Source: Thermoanaerobaculia bacterium
Lineage (GTDB): Bacteria > Acidobacteriota > Thermoanaerobaculia > Gp7-AA8
Assembly (NCBI GenBank): GCA_036390755.1
Contig: DASWBH010000037.1
Location: 2,185-66,184 of the forward strand
Direction: 5' to 3'
DNA: 64,000 nucleotides
Shown in pieces: positions 44,440-54,031 of the stretch. A program made the position numbers and the translations under genes. Each line of letters starts with the position of its first letter. Position 1 is the stretch's first letter. Below the pieces are notes generated by a model. The model saw only the letters and a program-made list of their open reading frames with translations. It did not search any database and was not told the DNA's origin.

Positions 44440-46956
44440 GTGGCGAAGGCTGCAGGAAGCAGTCCGGCGATGCCGGAAGTCCGGAAACGCCGGCGTGGGA
44501 AGCGCGGTATGATCGCGCGCTCGATTACTTCAGATAAGTTGGAGGGCGTGGTGGCGACTGCTCCTGCTGTACCGGAGCTCGACAACATCGTTGCGGAGGC
44601 GGCCCGTGCCGCCAACGTGCCGGTCGCATTCGTCGGCTTCGTCGACAAATCGGGTGAATCGATCAAGGCGGCTCGCGGCTGGAACGTCGCGACGATTCCG
44701 CCTGCCGTTTCGTTCGCGATCCGCATCGCGAACCAGTCGGACGTGGTCGTCGTTCCCGACACGACGCGCGACGTCCGTTTCTCTTCGCATCCGCTCGTGA
44801 CGGGCGCTCCGAACCTTCGCTTCTACGCCGGCGCTCCGATCTTCGACGACGGCTCGTTCGTCGGCGCGCTGTCGGTCATCGATCGAGTGCCGCGCACGCT
44901 CACACCGGAACAGACCGCGGTCCTGCGCCTGCTGGCACGGCAGATCTCGCGCGAGCTCGAAGTTCGTCGCGAGAAGGCCGAGCTCAACGAACGCTTCCGC
45001 GAGTTCTTCGAACAGACCGACGACTTCGTGATGAGCATCGGTCCCGATCTGCGGCTCATCCACTCCAACGAAACCGTCGTGGGCACCCTCGGCTACACGC
45101 GCGAGGAGCTGACTTCGCAGCCGCTGCTGCGCGTCGTCGCGCCGGAAGCGCGCGACGAGTTCCGGAGCTACTTCGCCGACGTGTTCGGCTCCGGCGAGCC
45201 GCGCACACTCGAAACCGTCTTCGTCACCTCCGGCGGCCGCCGCATCACGGTGGAAGGCTCGCTGCGGCCGCGCGTCATCGACGGCCGCACGCTCATGGTC
45301 CGCGTCATCTTCCGCGACATCACTGAGCGGAAGGAGTTCGAGTCCGAGCTCGGCAACGCGCGCGACGCCGCTCTCGAAGCGGCGCGCCTGAAGTCGCAGT
45401 TCCTGACCAACGTGAGCCACGAGATCCGCACGCCGATGAACGGCATCGTCGGCATGCTCGACCTGCTCGAGTCGACGCAGCTCAACGTCGAGCAGCTCGA
45501 TTACGCGCGCCAGGCCCACGCCAGCGCGGATCAGCTGCTGTCGATCGTCAACAACGTGCTTTACGTGTCGAACGTCGAAGCTGGCGGCATGGGGTCGCAG
45601 AACGTCGACTTCGATCTGTACAAGACCCTCCAGCGCGTCGTCGAAGTCATGAAGATCGCCGCCCTCGGCAAGGAAGTCGAGGTCGAGTTCTTCTACGACC
45701 AGCAGTTGCCGCCGGTGCTGCGCGGCAACCAGAGCAAACTGCGCCAGGTCATCACGAACCTGATGGACAACGCCATCAAGTTCACCGAAGAGGGGAAGGT
45801 CATGCTGCGCGTCACGCAGCAGACCGAGACCGACACGCACCGCGTGATTCGTTTCGAGATTCACGACACCGGCATCGGCATCTCCGAAGAGGACCGTCTG
45901 CTGCTGTTCGAGAAGTTCTCGCAGATCGACGGGTCGCAGTCGCGGCGTTTCCAGGGCACGGGACTCGGCCTGGCGACGGCGCGGCAGCTCGTCGAGACGC
46001 TGGGCGGTTTGATCGACGTCGACAGCAAGCCGGGCGTCGGCTCGACCTTCTGGTTCACCATTCCGTTCGCGAAGCACGCGCAGGGCCGCAAGCCGATCGC
46101 GTCGTCCGAGCTCGACTTCAAAGGCAAGCGCGCGCTGCTCGTCGATCACGTTCCGACGAGCCGCAAGATCGTGCACCACTACCTCGACGGCACGTGGGGC
46201 ATGCGCGTCGACGTCGCCGAGAGTGCGACGAACGCGCTGGGGATGCTGCGCCAGGCGGAGACCGATCCCTATCGCGTGGTGATCTTCGATGCGATGCCCG
46301 ACATCGATGCGTTTTCGTTTGCGCGCGAAGTCCACGCCGACGCGCGCATCGCGAACACGAGCCTCATCCACCTCGTGGCGACGAACAACGACGTCAATCG
46401 CGAGAAGATGCGCGAAGCCGGCATCAATGCCTACGTCGTCAAGCCGGTCGGGCAGAGCGAGCTGTTCGACGCCATGACGGTTGCGCTCGCGCACGACGCG
46501 CTGTCGATGGCTACGCCTGTTTCACAGCCGTCCAGTCCACAACCCGCCAGACCGGCCGACGTCTCCCCGGATATGCGCAAGCGCGTGCGCGTGCTTCTGG
46601 CCGAGGACAATTTCCTGAACGCGAAGCTGACGATGAGCCAGCTGCACAAACTCGGCTATGAGGCGGATTCCGTTCCGAACGGCAAGGAAGCCGTCGAGGC
46701 GATCGCGAAGAACGACTACCAGATCATCCTCATGGATTGTCAGATGCCGGTGCTCGATGGCTATCAGGCCACGATCGAGATCCGCCGTCTCGATCGCGAG
46801 CGCGGCGCCAGGCGGCGCATCATCGCCATGACTGCGAACGCGCTCGAAGGCGATCGTGAGAAGTGCCTGGCAGCAGGCATGGACGATTACCTCGCCAAGC
46901 CGACGAAGCACGACGATCTGGAGTCGGCACTGGCGAAGTACTTCTCCGTCGGGTAA
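44440..46956 (+). CDS. Hybrid sensor histidine kinase (GAF-PAS-HisKA-HATPase-REC-REC)
   Basis: H-box (NVSHEIRTPMNGI), N/G1/G2 boxes, and two receiver domains (LLVDH..., VLLAEDN...DCQMP). An alternative ATG lies at 44509. Confidence 0.85.
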   Translation: MAKAAGSSPAMPEVRKRRRGKRGMIARSITSDKLEGVVATAPAVPELDNIVAEAARAANVPVAFVGFVDKSGESIKAARGWNVATIPPAVSFAIRIANQSDVVVVPDTTRDVRFSSHPLVTGAPNLRFYAGAPIFDDGSFVGALSVIDRVPRTLTPEQTAVLRLLARQISRELEVRREKAELNERFREFFEQTDDFVMSIGPDLRLIHSNETVVGTLGYTREELTSQPLLRVVAPEARDEFRSYFADVFGSGEPRTLETVFVTSGGRRITVEGSLRPRVIDGRTLMVRVIFRDITERKEFESELGNARDAALEAARLKSQFLTNVSHEIRTPMNGIVGMLDLLESTQLNVEQLDYARQAHASADQLLSIVNNVLYVSNVEAGGMGSQNVDFDLYKTLQRVVEVMKIAALGKEVEVEFFYDQQLPPVLRGNQSKLRQVITNLMDNAIKFTEEGKVMLRVTQQTETDTHRVIRFEIHDTGIGISEEDRLLLFEKFSQIDGSQSRRFQGTGLGLATARQLVETLGGLIDVDSKPGVGSTFWFTIPFAKHAQGRKPIASSELDFKGKRALLVDHVPTSRKIVHHYLDGTWGMRVDVAESATNALGMLRQAETDPYRVVIFDAMPDIDAFSFAREVHADARIANTSLIHLVATNNDVNREKMREAGINAYVVKPVGQSELFDAMTVALAHDALSMATPVSQPSSPQPARPADVSPDMRKRVRVLLAEDNFLNAKLTMSQLHKLGYEADSVPNGKEAVEAIAKNDYQIILMDCQMPVLDGYQATIEIRRLDRERGARRRIIAMTANALEGDREKCLAAGMDDYLAKPTKHDDLESALAKYFSVG

Positions 46957-47008
46957 CAGGTAACAGGTAACAAAGCGGCAGGAACGTTACCGGTTACCTG
47001 TTACCTCA
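46952..47008. terminator. (GGTAACA)x3 hairpin between convergent genes
   Basis: GGTAACAGGTAACAGGTAAC-aaagcggcaggaac-GTTACCGGTTACCTGTTACC; 19 of 20 bp pair. Confidence 0.6.
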
Positions 47009-48170
47009 AGAGCTCCTGCAACGCACGGGCAAGCTGCTCGTACTCGTGTTCCTGGTTGTACACCTGCGCCGAGACCCTCAGAACCCGATGGGGCGCGTTC
47101 GGCCACGGCGCGATGGGCACTTCGATTTTGAATCGCTCGAGCAGCTCGTCCTGCAACGCGTCGCCGTAGAGACTCGGCGCCTCCGACGCGTTTCCGTCCG
47201 GCAGAGGAACGGCGGCCATCGAGCCGAGCATCTCGTCCGGCGCCGGCTTCCCGATTCCGAGCACGCCGATGAGGATGTCGCGCGCGCGAAGTGCCAGCGC
47301 GTGATTGCGGCGCATGATCTCCGGCCAGCCGCCATCGACGAGAGTCGGCAGGAACCGGATCGCCTCGGGGATCGCGAGCCACGCCGTCGGATCGAACGTG
47401 CCGGGCCAGTCGAATTCGAGGTGATACCGGCTGCGATCGGTGCGCATCGAGTTCGCGCCGTGGCTGATGACGAGCGGCCGCACGCTCGCGCGCCGGTTTT
47501 CACGCACGTAAAGAAACGCGGCGCCCTTCGGCGCGCAGACCCACTTGTGCAGGTTGCCCGTGTAGTACGCCGACCCGATCGCGCGCACGTTCAGCGGAAG
47601 CATGCCCGCGACGTGCGCGCCGTCGATCAGCGTGTCGATTCCCCTCGCGGTCATCTCCGCGACCAGCCGCTCGACAGGATTGATCAGCGCGGTCGGGCTG
47701 GTGACGTGATCGACGAGAAGCAGCCGCGTGCGATCGGTGACCCGATCGAGGATGCGCGAGACGACTTCGTCCGATGAGGAAATCGGGAACGGCACGTCGA
47801 CGACGATGACTTTCGCGCCGGCAAGTTGCGCGACATAGTCGAGCGCGTTGCGGCAGGCGTTGTACTCCTGATCGGTGACGAGCAGCTCATCGTGCTTGTC
47901 GAGGTCGAGTGACCGCAGCACCGCGTTGGCGCCCGACGTCGCATTGGGCACGAACGCCAGACCGGCAGGGTCGGCGCCGATGAAATCCGCCAGAACGTCG
48001 CGCCCCTGATCGAGCAGGCCCTCGAGCTCGCGAACCATGAAGCGCACCGGCTCGGCTTCGAGGCGCGCGCGAAACTCGTCCTGCTTGCGCAACACGGGAA
48101 TCGGAGTCGCACCAAACGAGCCGTGGTTGAGAAAGATGATGTCGCGCTCAAGCAGCCAGTGTTCCTTCAT
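47001..48170 (-). CDS. Class V aminotransferase-fold PLP enzyme (cysteine desulfurase / isopenicillin-N-epimerase-like)
   Basis: Class V fold motifs (LNHGSFG..., PLP lysine region). ATGA overlap with the upstream gene. Confidence 0.75.
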   Translation of the reverse strand: MKEHWLLERDIIFLNHGSFGATPIPVLRKQDEFRARLEAEPVRFMVRELEGLLDQGRDVLADFIGADPAGLAFVPNATSGANAVLRSLDLDKHDELLVTDQEYNACRNALDYVAQLAGAKVIVVDVPFPISSSDEVVSRILDRVTDRTRLLLVDHVTSPTALINPVERLVAEMTARGIDTLIDGAHVAGMLPLNVRAIGSAYYTGNLHKWVCAPKGAAFLYVRENRRASVRPLVISHGANSMRTDRSRYHLEFDWPGTFDPTAWLAIPEAIRFLPTLVDGGWPEIMRRNHALALRARDILIGVLGIGKPAPDEMLGSMAAVPLPDGNASEAPSLYGDALQDELLERFKIEVPIAPWPNAPHRVLRVSAQVYNQEHEYEQLARALQELLR

Positions 48171-49270
48171 CCTTCGTCCTTCATCCTTTCGAGCCCCGCT
48201 CGAAAGATGTCCGGCTCGGTCAGCAGTGACACCACGACGTACCCCTCACGGTCGAAATCAAAGAACCATCCGGGCTGGACGACCACGCCGCGGCGAAGCA
48301 GGACGAGCGCGATGTCTTCATCCGTGCGCGGCATGCGCAGGACCGCCGACCACCCACCCTCGACTGGCAGCGCGGTGACCGACGGCGGCAGCGATGCATG
48401 TAACACGTCGAGGTTGCGGAGCGTTCGCTCGCGGATGGCGTTGCGGATCGTCGCGCCGATGCGCAGCAGATCGGGAAGCGCCTGCTGCACCGGTGTGCTC
48501 ACCGAGAGGAAGTTGTCTGCGATGAGCTCGAGCGCCGCGATCGCGCGATCGCGTCCCGGACCGGTGATCCGAAGCCATCCGAGCTTGTAGTGCGGCAGCC
48601 CCGCTGATTTCGACAGCCCGCCGAGAGTGAACGTCAGAACGTCATCGTGGACGAACGACGTGTGCTCGCCCTCGAGCGCGTAGTCGAAAAAAACTTCGTC
48701 GGAGATGATCGGAACGCCGATTGCGGCGAGCGCGTCCTTCTCGTCCGCGCGGACATAGGAGCCGGTCGGATTGTTCGGATTCACGACGACAATCGCCTTC
48801 GTCTGTGGCGTCATCGCTTCGCGCACTCGCTCCGCGTGCAGCTCCCACCGGCGATGAAACTCGAGCGGGAAGGTGCGCAGCTCGAGGAGCTCGAGCGCGG
48901 CGAGATGTTCCAGCAGCGGATACGACGGCGTCGTGGTCAGAACTGCGTCGCCGGGATCGCCGAGCAGCTTGAACAGAAACGAATACGTCTCACTTGTCGA
49001 CGCCGTGATCATCACCCCGGATGCATCGCACCGGAGCTCGCGCGCGACGGCCTCGCGCGCCTTCGCGATGCCGAGGGGCTGCGGGTCGTAGGGGTATCGA
49101 GAGGCGCGTGACATGGCGTCCGCGAGCTCGTCGACAGGGTAGGGGAGGGATACCTGCGTCGGATTCGAGACGGTGAGATCGAGGAGTTTCTCGCCGCGGC
49201 GGGTGCGCTCTTCGCGCTCGACGGTGAACCGGTTGAGGGCGGCGTTCCAGTTGCCGCGGCGCGAGAACAT
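48167..49270 (-). CDS. Class I/II PLP-dependent aminotransferase
   Basis: Class I/II aminotransferase signatures (NPNNPTG, SKSAGLPHYKLGW). Confidence 0.8.
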   Translation of the reverse strand: MFSRRGNWNAALNRFTVEREERTRRGEKLLDLTVSNPTQVSLPYPVDELADAMSRASRYPYDPQPLGIAKAREAVARELRCDASGVMITASTSETYSFLFKLLGDPGDAVLTTTPSYPLLEHLAALELLELRTFPLEFHRRWELHAERVREAMTPQTKAIVVVNPNNPTGSYVRADEKDALAAIGVPIISDEVFFDYALEGEHTSFVHDDVLTFTLGGLSKSAGLPHYKLGWLRITGPGRDRAIAALELIADNFLSVSTPVQQALPDLLRIGATIRNAIRERTLRNLDVLHASLPPSVTALPVEGGWSAVLRMPRTDEDIALVLLRRGVVVQPGWFFDFDREGYVVVSLLTEPDIFRAGLERMKDEG

Positions 49271-49286
49271 CGCGCCGGATGCTATC

Positions 49287-50420
49287 TCACGACCGGCAGC
49301 GCTGCCGTGCGTCGGTCATCGCTTTCGCCATGTCGTCGCGATCGCCGCCACGCGTCGAGGGAACGTGTTTGATTGCGCGCTCCCACGTCTGCAGCGCGTC
49401 GCCGCATGCGCCTCGCGCGAGCTGGATCCGGGCGAGCGTATCGAGCCGCATCCACTCGTCCGGCGCGGGAGCTTCGACGGCGCGATGCGCGAGCTGCTCC
49501 GCCTCGTCGAGCCGCTGTTCCTGATACAGCAGCCAGGCCAGGTTGTTCAGCGCGTCGGCTGACGTCCCGTCGATTGCGAGCGCTTTGCGGAACGACTCCT
49601 CGGCCTGTTTCCTGTCTCCGAGCTGCATCTCCGCGTTGCCGAGGTCCGTCCAGGCGAGGACGGAGTCGGGGTGATCCGTGAGGATCTGGCGGTATGCGGC
49701 GGCAGCGTCGGCGTACTTGCCGGCATCCTCGAGCGCGACCGCCGCGCGCAGCGCATCAGCTGCCGGATCTTTCGGCGCGATGACGATCTGGGCGTGACCG
49801 CCGCCCTCCCATGCGCTCTCGAGCCGGTCGAGGTGAATCCACCGCACTTTGCGATCGCCGAACTGGACGCGCACGAGCTGCGCGGCCGTGTCGATGCCGT
49901 CGAGGACGATGTAGTGGAAGAAGTCATAGCTCTTGCCCGGCGCCTGAATGACCTGGAGCATCAGGATGACGGGACGGCCGTCGAGGAGCTCGCGCTCGAC
50001 GGTCGCGCGCGTGCCGGTGACGAGCCGCGCGTCGAAGCCCTTCTGACGCGCAGCGAGCACGAGGTCGATCGAGAGCACCCCGCCGCGCGTCTTCGGAAGA
50101 CTGCGGTCCCACTCGTCCATCGAAGTCGTGTCGCCGTAGTGCTGCAACACGGCGGAGAGCGAGCCGGCGCCGCACGATTCGATGTCCCACTTCTGCAGCG
50201 GAACGTCGGGGATGACTTTCGCCGATGCCGATGGGTGATGCGACATCGGCGTCCAGTAGACGCAGGAAAAAGTCAGAAGGCAGAAGGTCGCAGTCAGAAG
50301 TGAGAACGCGAATCGCCGCACGGCCACGATTCTACGATCCACTTCTGCCTTTTGCCTTCTGCCTTCACACTTCAGAACGGGCGGACCCGGAGATCCACCC
50401 ATCCGTTCATCGGGTGACAA
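49287..50420 (-). CDS. Papain-like C39-type peptidase domain fused to TPR repeats (start uncertain)
   Basis: IESCGAGSLSAVLQHYG matches the C39 catalytic Cys region; C-terminal TPR repeats. Alternative starts: GTG near 50327 (gives a signal peptide) or ATG at 50246. Confidence 0.6.
   Translation of the reverse strand: MSPDERMGGSPGPPVLKCEGRRQKAEVDRRIVAVRRFAFSLLTATFCLLTFSCVYWTPMSHHPSASAKVIPDVPLQKWDIESCGAGSLSAVLQHYGDTTSMDEWDRSLPKTRGGVLSIDLVLAARQKGFDARLVTGTRATVERELLDGRPVILMLQVIQAPGKSYDFFHYIVLDGIDTAAQLVRVQFGDRKVRWIHLDRLESAWEGGGHAQIVIAPKDPAADALRAAVALEDAGKYADAAAAYRQILTDHPDSVLAWTDLGNAEMQLGDRKQAEESFRKALAIDGTSADALNNLAWLLYQEQRLDEAEQLAHRAVEAPAPDEWMRLDTLARIQLARGACGDALQTWERAIKHVPSTRGGDRDDMAKAMTDARQRCRS
50272..50368. 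repeat. Heptamer-built inverted repeat (CAGAAGG units) at the 5' end of the C39-TPR gene
   Basis: GTCAGAAGG CAGAAGG TCGCAGT CAGAAGT ... ACTTCTG CCTTTTG CCTTCTG CCTTCAC. Confidence 0.5.
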
Positions 50421-50769
50421 TGACGAGGATCAGAGCGGCCAGCGCGCCGATGCCGATCCAGATCCACTGCTGCTGTGTGAGTCCCGCAGCCTGGAGCTGA
50501 TTCAGGTTCTGCGCGAGCTGGTGAAGGTCCTGCGGCGACATCTGCGCGACCTTCTGGTTGACCTGCTCCTGCGTGAAGCCCTGGCCGGCCAGCGCGGTGG
50601 CGACCTGCTCGTTCGCAACGACATCGCGGACGAGCGCCAGATCGGCGGCGCGGGAGTCGAGGCTCTGATTGGCGGCGGTCTTCGACGGCGTCGCTACGGC
50701 GAACGCCGGGACCGCAGCCACGACACAGAGCAAGGTGAGAGCGACAACGATGGATTTCGACGAACGCAT
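50407..50769 (-). CDS. Small secreted LTXXQ-motif (Spy/CpxP-like) protein with C-terminal TM anchor, paralog 1
   Basis: Signal peptide, GFTQEQV and GLTQQQW motifs, C-terminal WIWIGIGALAALILVIV. GGAGG RBS. Confidence 0.55.
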   Translation of the reverse strand: MRSSKSIVVALTLLCVVAAVPAFAVATPSKTAANQSLDSRAADLALVRDVVANEQVATALAGQGFTQEQVNQKVAQMSPQDLHQLAQNLNQLQAAGLTQQQWIWIGIGALAALILVIVTR

Positions 50770-50824
50770 ACCAACTACCTCCGATTCTTTCTGAGCGGCA
50801 CCAAGCCGTCGTTGTGGGGAACCG

Positions 50825-51190
50825 TTACTGCGTGAGTGCGACGATCAGAATCAGCGCAGCGAGAGCGCCGATGCCGACCCAGATCCATTCCTGTCGAGTG
50901 AGGCCGGCGGCCTGAAGCTGGTCGAGGTTCTGCGCGAGCTGGTGAAGGTCCTGCGGCGACATCTGCGCCAGCTTCTGGTTCACCTGCTGCTGATCGAACC
51001 CGTGCGCCGCGAGGACGGCCGCCACCTGTTCGGTGCCGGCGATGTCGCGCACCAGGGCCAGATCGGCGTCGCGCGAAGCGAGGCTCTGATTCGGCGCCGT
51101 CTTCGAAGGTGCCGGGCCGGCGAACGCAGGAATCGCAGCGAAGACGAAGACCAGGGCGAGAACGAAGAGAACCTGTTTCTGGGAGCGCAT
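50825..51190 (-). CDS. Small secreted LTXXQ-motif protein with C-terminal TM anchor, paralog 2
   Basis: About 60% identical to its neighbour. AAGGAGG RBS 8 nt upstream of the ATG at 51190. Confidence 0.6.
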   Translation of the reverse strand: MRSQKQVLFVLALVFVFAAIPAFAGPAPSKTAPNQSLASRDADLALVRDIAGTEQVAAVLAAHGFDQQQVNQKLAQMSPQDLHQLAQNLDQLQAAGLTRQEWIWVGIGALAALILIVALTQ

Positions 51191-51371
51191 GGACAAAGTA
51201 CAACCTCCTTCATTGCATTCAGTCCCGCCGGTCACGGCCGCGATGCGGTCGCCGGCGACGGCTTCAGCAAGCGCAGTCAGCAAGTTGGGTGCCCGTGGGC
51301 GGAAGGATGGAGCCTGAAGGAATGCCCAAAACGGAAATTGGTACGATGAACGTCCGTTAACACAAACGCCC

Positions 51372-53549
51372 ATGATCCGCTTTGAAGACATCCTCGATCG
51401 CGTCGAGAGCTATAAGCCGGACTTCGACGAGGAGCTGCTGCAGAAGGCCTACATCTTCTCGGCGCGCGAGCACCGCGATCAGGTCCGCAGCTCCGGTGAG
51501 CCTTACCTCGTCCACCCGCTCAACGTCGCGTACATCCTGGCCGACATGCACCTCGACGAGACGTCGATCGCCGTCGGGCTGCTGCACGACGTGCTCGAAG
51601 ACACGCTGACCACGAAGGAGAAACTGGAGGAGATCTTCGGCGAAGACGTCGCCGATCTCGTCGACGGCGTGACGAAGATCTCCCGCTACGCATACGTGTC
51701 GAAGGAGGAGCAGCAGGCCGAGACGTTCCGGAAGATGCTTCTGGCGATGGTCTCCGACCTGCGCGTCGTGCTGGTCAAGCTCGCCGACCGCCTCCACAAC
51801 ATGCGCACGCTGCAGTACCTCCCGGAAGAGCGCCGCATCGCCATCGCCAAAGAGACGATGGAAATCTACGCGCCCATCGCCAACCGCCTCGGCATGGGCC
51901 GCATCAAGCACGAGCTCGAAGACCTCTCGTTCCATCACCTTCATCCGCGTGAGTCGGAAGAGCTGCGGAAAGCGGTCGCGGAGAAGATGGCCGTGTCGGG
52001 CGATGTCGTCGATCGCATCAAGGCCACGCTCGCGGACAAGCTGAACGAAAACGAGATCGGGGGCGAGGTCACCGGCCGCGTGAAGTCGATGTTCTCGATC
52101 TGGACGAAGATGCAGCGCCAGGAGATCGACATCGGCCAGCTGTACGACTATCTGGCCTTCCGCATCATCACCAGCAGCGTGAAGGACTGCTACGCCTGTC
52201 TCGGCATCATCCATCAGATGTGGCGCCCGGTTCCCGGCCGCATCAAGGACTACATCGCGATGCCGAAGCCGAACTTCTATCAGTCGCTGCACACCACGGT
52301 CGTGGCCGAGCGCGGACAACCGTTCGAAGTGCAGATCCGCACGAAGGAGATGGACCTCGTCGCGGAGCAGGGCATCGCCGCGCACTGGAAGTACAAGGAA
52401 GGACGCGTCGGCGCGTCACACGACGACGCGAACTTCCTCTGGCTGCGGCAGCTTGTCGAGTGGCAGCACGACATCAAGGATCCGCGAGTCTTCATGAACT
52501 CGCTGAAGATCGACCTCTATCCGGACGAGGTCTACACGTTTACGCCGAAGGGCGACGTGTTCGCATTTCCGCGCGGAGCGACACCGCTCGACTTCGCGTA
52601 CCGCATTCACACCGACGTCGGCCACCGCTGCATGGGTGCGCGCGTGAACGGCAAGCTCGTTCCGCTGCGCACGCCGCTGAAGAACGGCGACATCGTGGAG
52701 ATCACGACCGGCACATCGCAGACACCCAGCCGCGAGTGGGTGAACATGGTCGTCACCTCGCGCGCCCGGCACAAGATCCGTCACTGGCTGAACCTCGAGC
52801 AGAAGAACCGTTCCATCGAGCTCGGCCGGAAACTCGTGGAGAAGGAAGCGAAGAAATACAAGGTGCAGTGGCGCAAGCTCGTCGCGGAGAACGCGCTCGA
52901 CGGCGTGCTGCACGAGTACGGGCTGTCACGGCTCGACGATCTGTACGCGGACGTCGGTTACGGCAAGCTTTCGGCGCGTTCGCTCGTCGAGCGTTTCACG
53001 AGCGACGAGCAGAAGGAGAAGGGGCCGACCGATCAGGGGGTCATCGAGGCCGCGGTCCGGAAGATCTTCCCGTTCACCTCATCGCCCGGCGCGATCAAGG
53101 TCAAGGGCTACGATGACTTGATGACTTACCTCGCCAAGTGCTGTAAGCCGCTGCCCGGCGAAAAGATCCTCGGCTACGTCACGCGCGGGAAGGGCGTGGC
53201 GGTCCACAGCGCGAACTGCCCCAACGTCAAGAACCTGATGTTCAACCCCGATCGTGAGATCGCCGTGGAGTGGGCGGACCAGCGCGTCTCGTCGAACTTC
53301 AACGTCGAGCTGGAGATCCTGAGCGAGGATCGGCAGGGGATTCTTGCGCGCGTCGTGTCGACGATCGCGAACCTGAAGACGAACATCCGCCAGATGGAGA
53401 CGCGGACCGGAGACGGCAAGGCGACGACCGAGCTCGTGCTGGAGATCGCCGACCTCAAGCACCTGGAGAAGGTGACGAGATCGCTGTCGAATGTCGACGG
53501 GGTGATGAGAGTCGACCGGAAGTACAACATCCGGCACGCCACGGCGTAG
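51372..53549 (+). CDS. rel: Bifunctional (p)ppGpp synthetase/hydrolase
   Basis: HD hydrolase domain, synthetase domain, TGS and ACT domains. 725 aa. Confidence 0.9.
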   Translation: MIRFEDILDRVESYKPDFDEELLQKAYIFSAREHRDQVRSSGEPYLVHPLNVAYILADMHLDETSIAVGLLHDVLEDTLTTKEKLEEIFGEDVADLVDGVTKISRYAYVSKEEQQAETFRKMLLAMVSDLRVVLVKLADRLHNMRTLQYLPEERRIAIAKETMEIYAPIANRLGMGRIKHELEDLSFHHLHPRESEELRKAVAEKMAVSGDVVDRIKATLADKLNENEIGGEVTGRVKSMFSIWTKMQRQEIDIGQLYDYLAFRIITSSVKDCYACLGIIHQMWRPVPGRIKDYIAMPKPNFYQSLHTTVVAERGQPFEVQIRTKEMDLVAEQGIAAHWKYKEGRVGASHDDANFLWLRQLVEWQHDIKDPRVFMNSLKIDLYPDEVYTFTPKGDVFAFPRGATPLDFAYRIHTDVGHRCMGARVNGKLVPLRTPLKNGDIVEITTGTSQTPSREWVNMVVTSRARHKIRHWLNLEQKNRSIELGRKLVEKEAKKYKVQWRKLVAENALDGVLHEYGLSRLDDLYADVGYGKLSARSLVERFTSDEQKEKGPTDQGVIEAAVRKIFPFTSSPGAIKVKGYDDLMTYLAKCCKPLPGEKILGYVTRGKGVAVHSANCPNVKNLMFNPDREIAVEWADQRVSSNFNVELEILSEDRQGILARVVSTIANLKTNIRQMETRTGDGKATTELVLEIADLKHLEKVTRSLSNVDGVMRVDRKYNIRHATA

Positions 53550-53550
53550 A

Positions 53551-53620
53551 AAAGAGCGCAGTGGGCGGAGCGCGGATCAGCCCCTCCTGCGCTCCGCGCT
53601 CTGCCCTCCGCGCTCTGTTC
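53551..53620. terminator. Bidirectional terminator between rel and rpmB
   Basis: Nested GC-rich stems (GAGCGCAG/CTGCGCTC, GGAGCGCGG/CCGCGCTC). On the rpmB side they are followed by TCTTTT. Confidence 0.6.
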
Positions 53621-53815
53621 TTACCGGGCCGCTTTCTGAATTTTGCCGGTACGGATGCAGCGGGTGCAGACGTTCATCCGCTTCACGGCTGCGCCGACTT
53701 TCACGCGGACGCGCTGCAGGTTCGGGTTCCAGCGCCGGCTGGAAACGTTATGAGCATGGCTCACTTTGTTTCCGAATACCGGTGCCTTGCCGCAGACTTC
53801 GCAGGTCTTTGCCAT
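53621..53815 (-). CDS. rpmB: 50S ribosomal protein L28
   Basis: [10 protein letters not shown]...RRWNPNLQ; 64 aa. Confidence 0.9.
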   Translation of the reverse strand: MAKTCEVCGKAPVFGNKVSHAHNVSSRRWNPNLQRVRVKVGAAVKRMNVCTRCIRTGKIQKAAR

Positions 53816-53942
53816 CTCGACTCCCTCAAATAACGCGAAAGGCGTGGATTCTAACGATCGAGCCGATTCCGCGCAATGCCCGGCAGCACAAAAGTGCGGC
53901 CAAACACGCGTGATCGTTTCACTTATCTAATTTCTTGTAGAG

Positions 53943-53971
53943 TTGACACCGCACATTAAACGTTGTAATTT
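53943..53971 (+). promoter_or_regulatory. Candidate sigma-70 promoter for the pilM operon
   Basis: TTGACA, a 17-nt spacer, then TAATTT, in an unusually AT-rich stretch about 60 nt upstream of pilM. Confidence 0.35.
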
Positions 53972-54031
53972 CGCATCACCTTTCTGACATCCGGAGCCAG
54001 CGAGAAGTGAGTGAGATGGATGGGGTGAGCG

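Noticed and set aside
46952-47008. Possibility that the tandem-repeat loci are CRISPR arrays.
   Set aside because: The repeat units are 7 nt with no spacers, arranged as inverted arms, and no cas genes are present. They are not CRISPR.
48161-48190. CCTTCAT CCTTCGT CCTTCAT tandem heptamers at the junction of the two aminotransferase genes.
   Set aside because: The repeat simply encodes ...RMKDEG* overlapping the next gene's MKE... (ATGA coupling). A repeated MKD/MKE codon pattern explains it, and there is no inverted partner, so it was not counted in the hairpin family.
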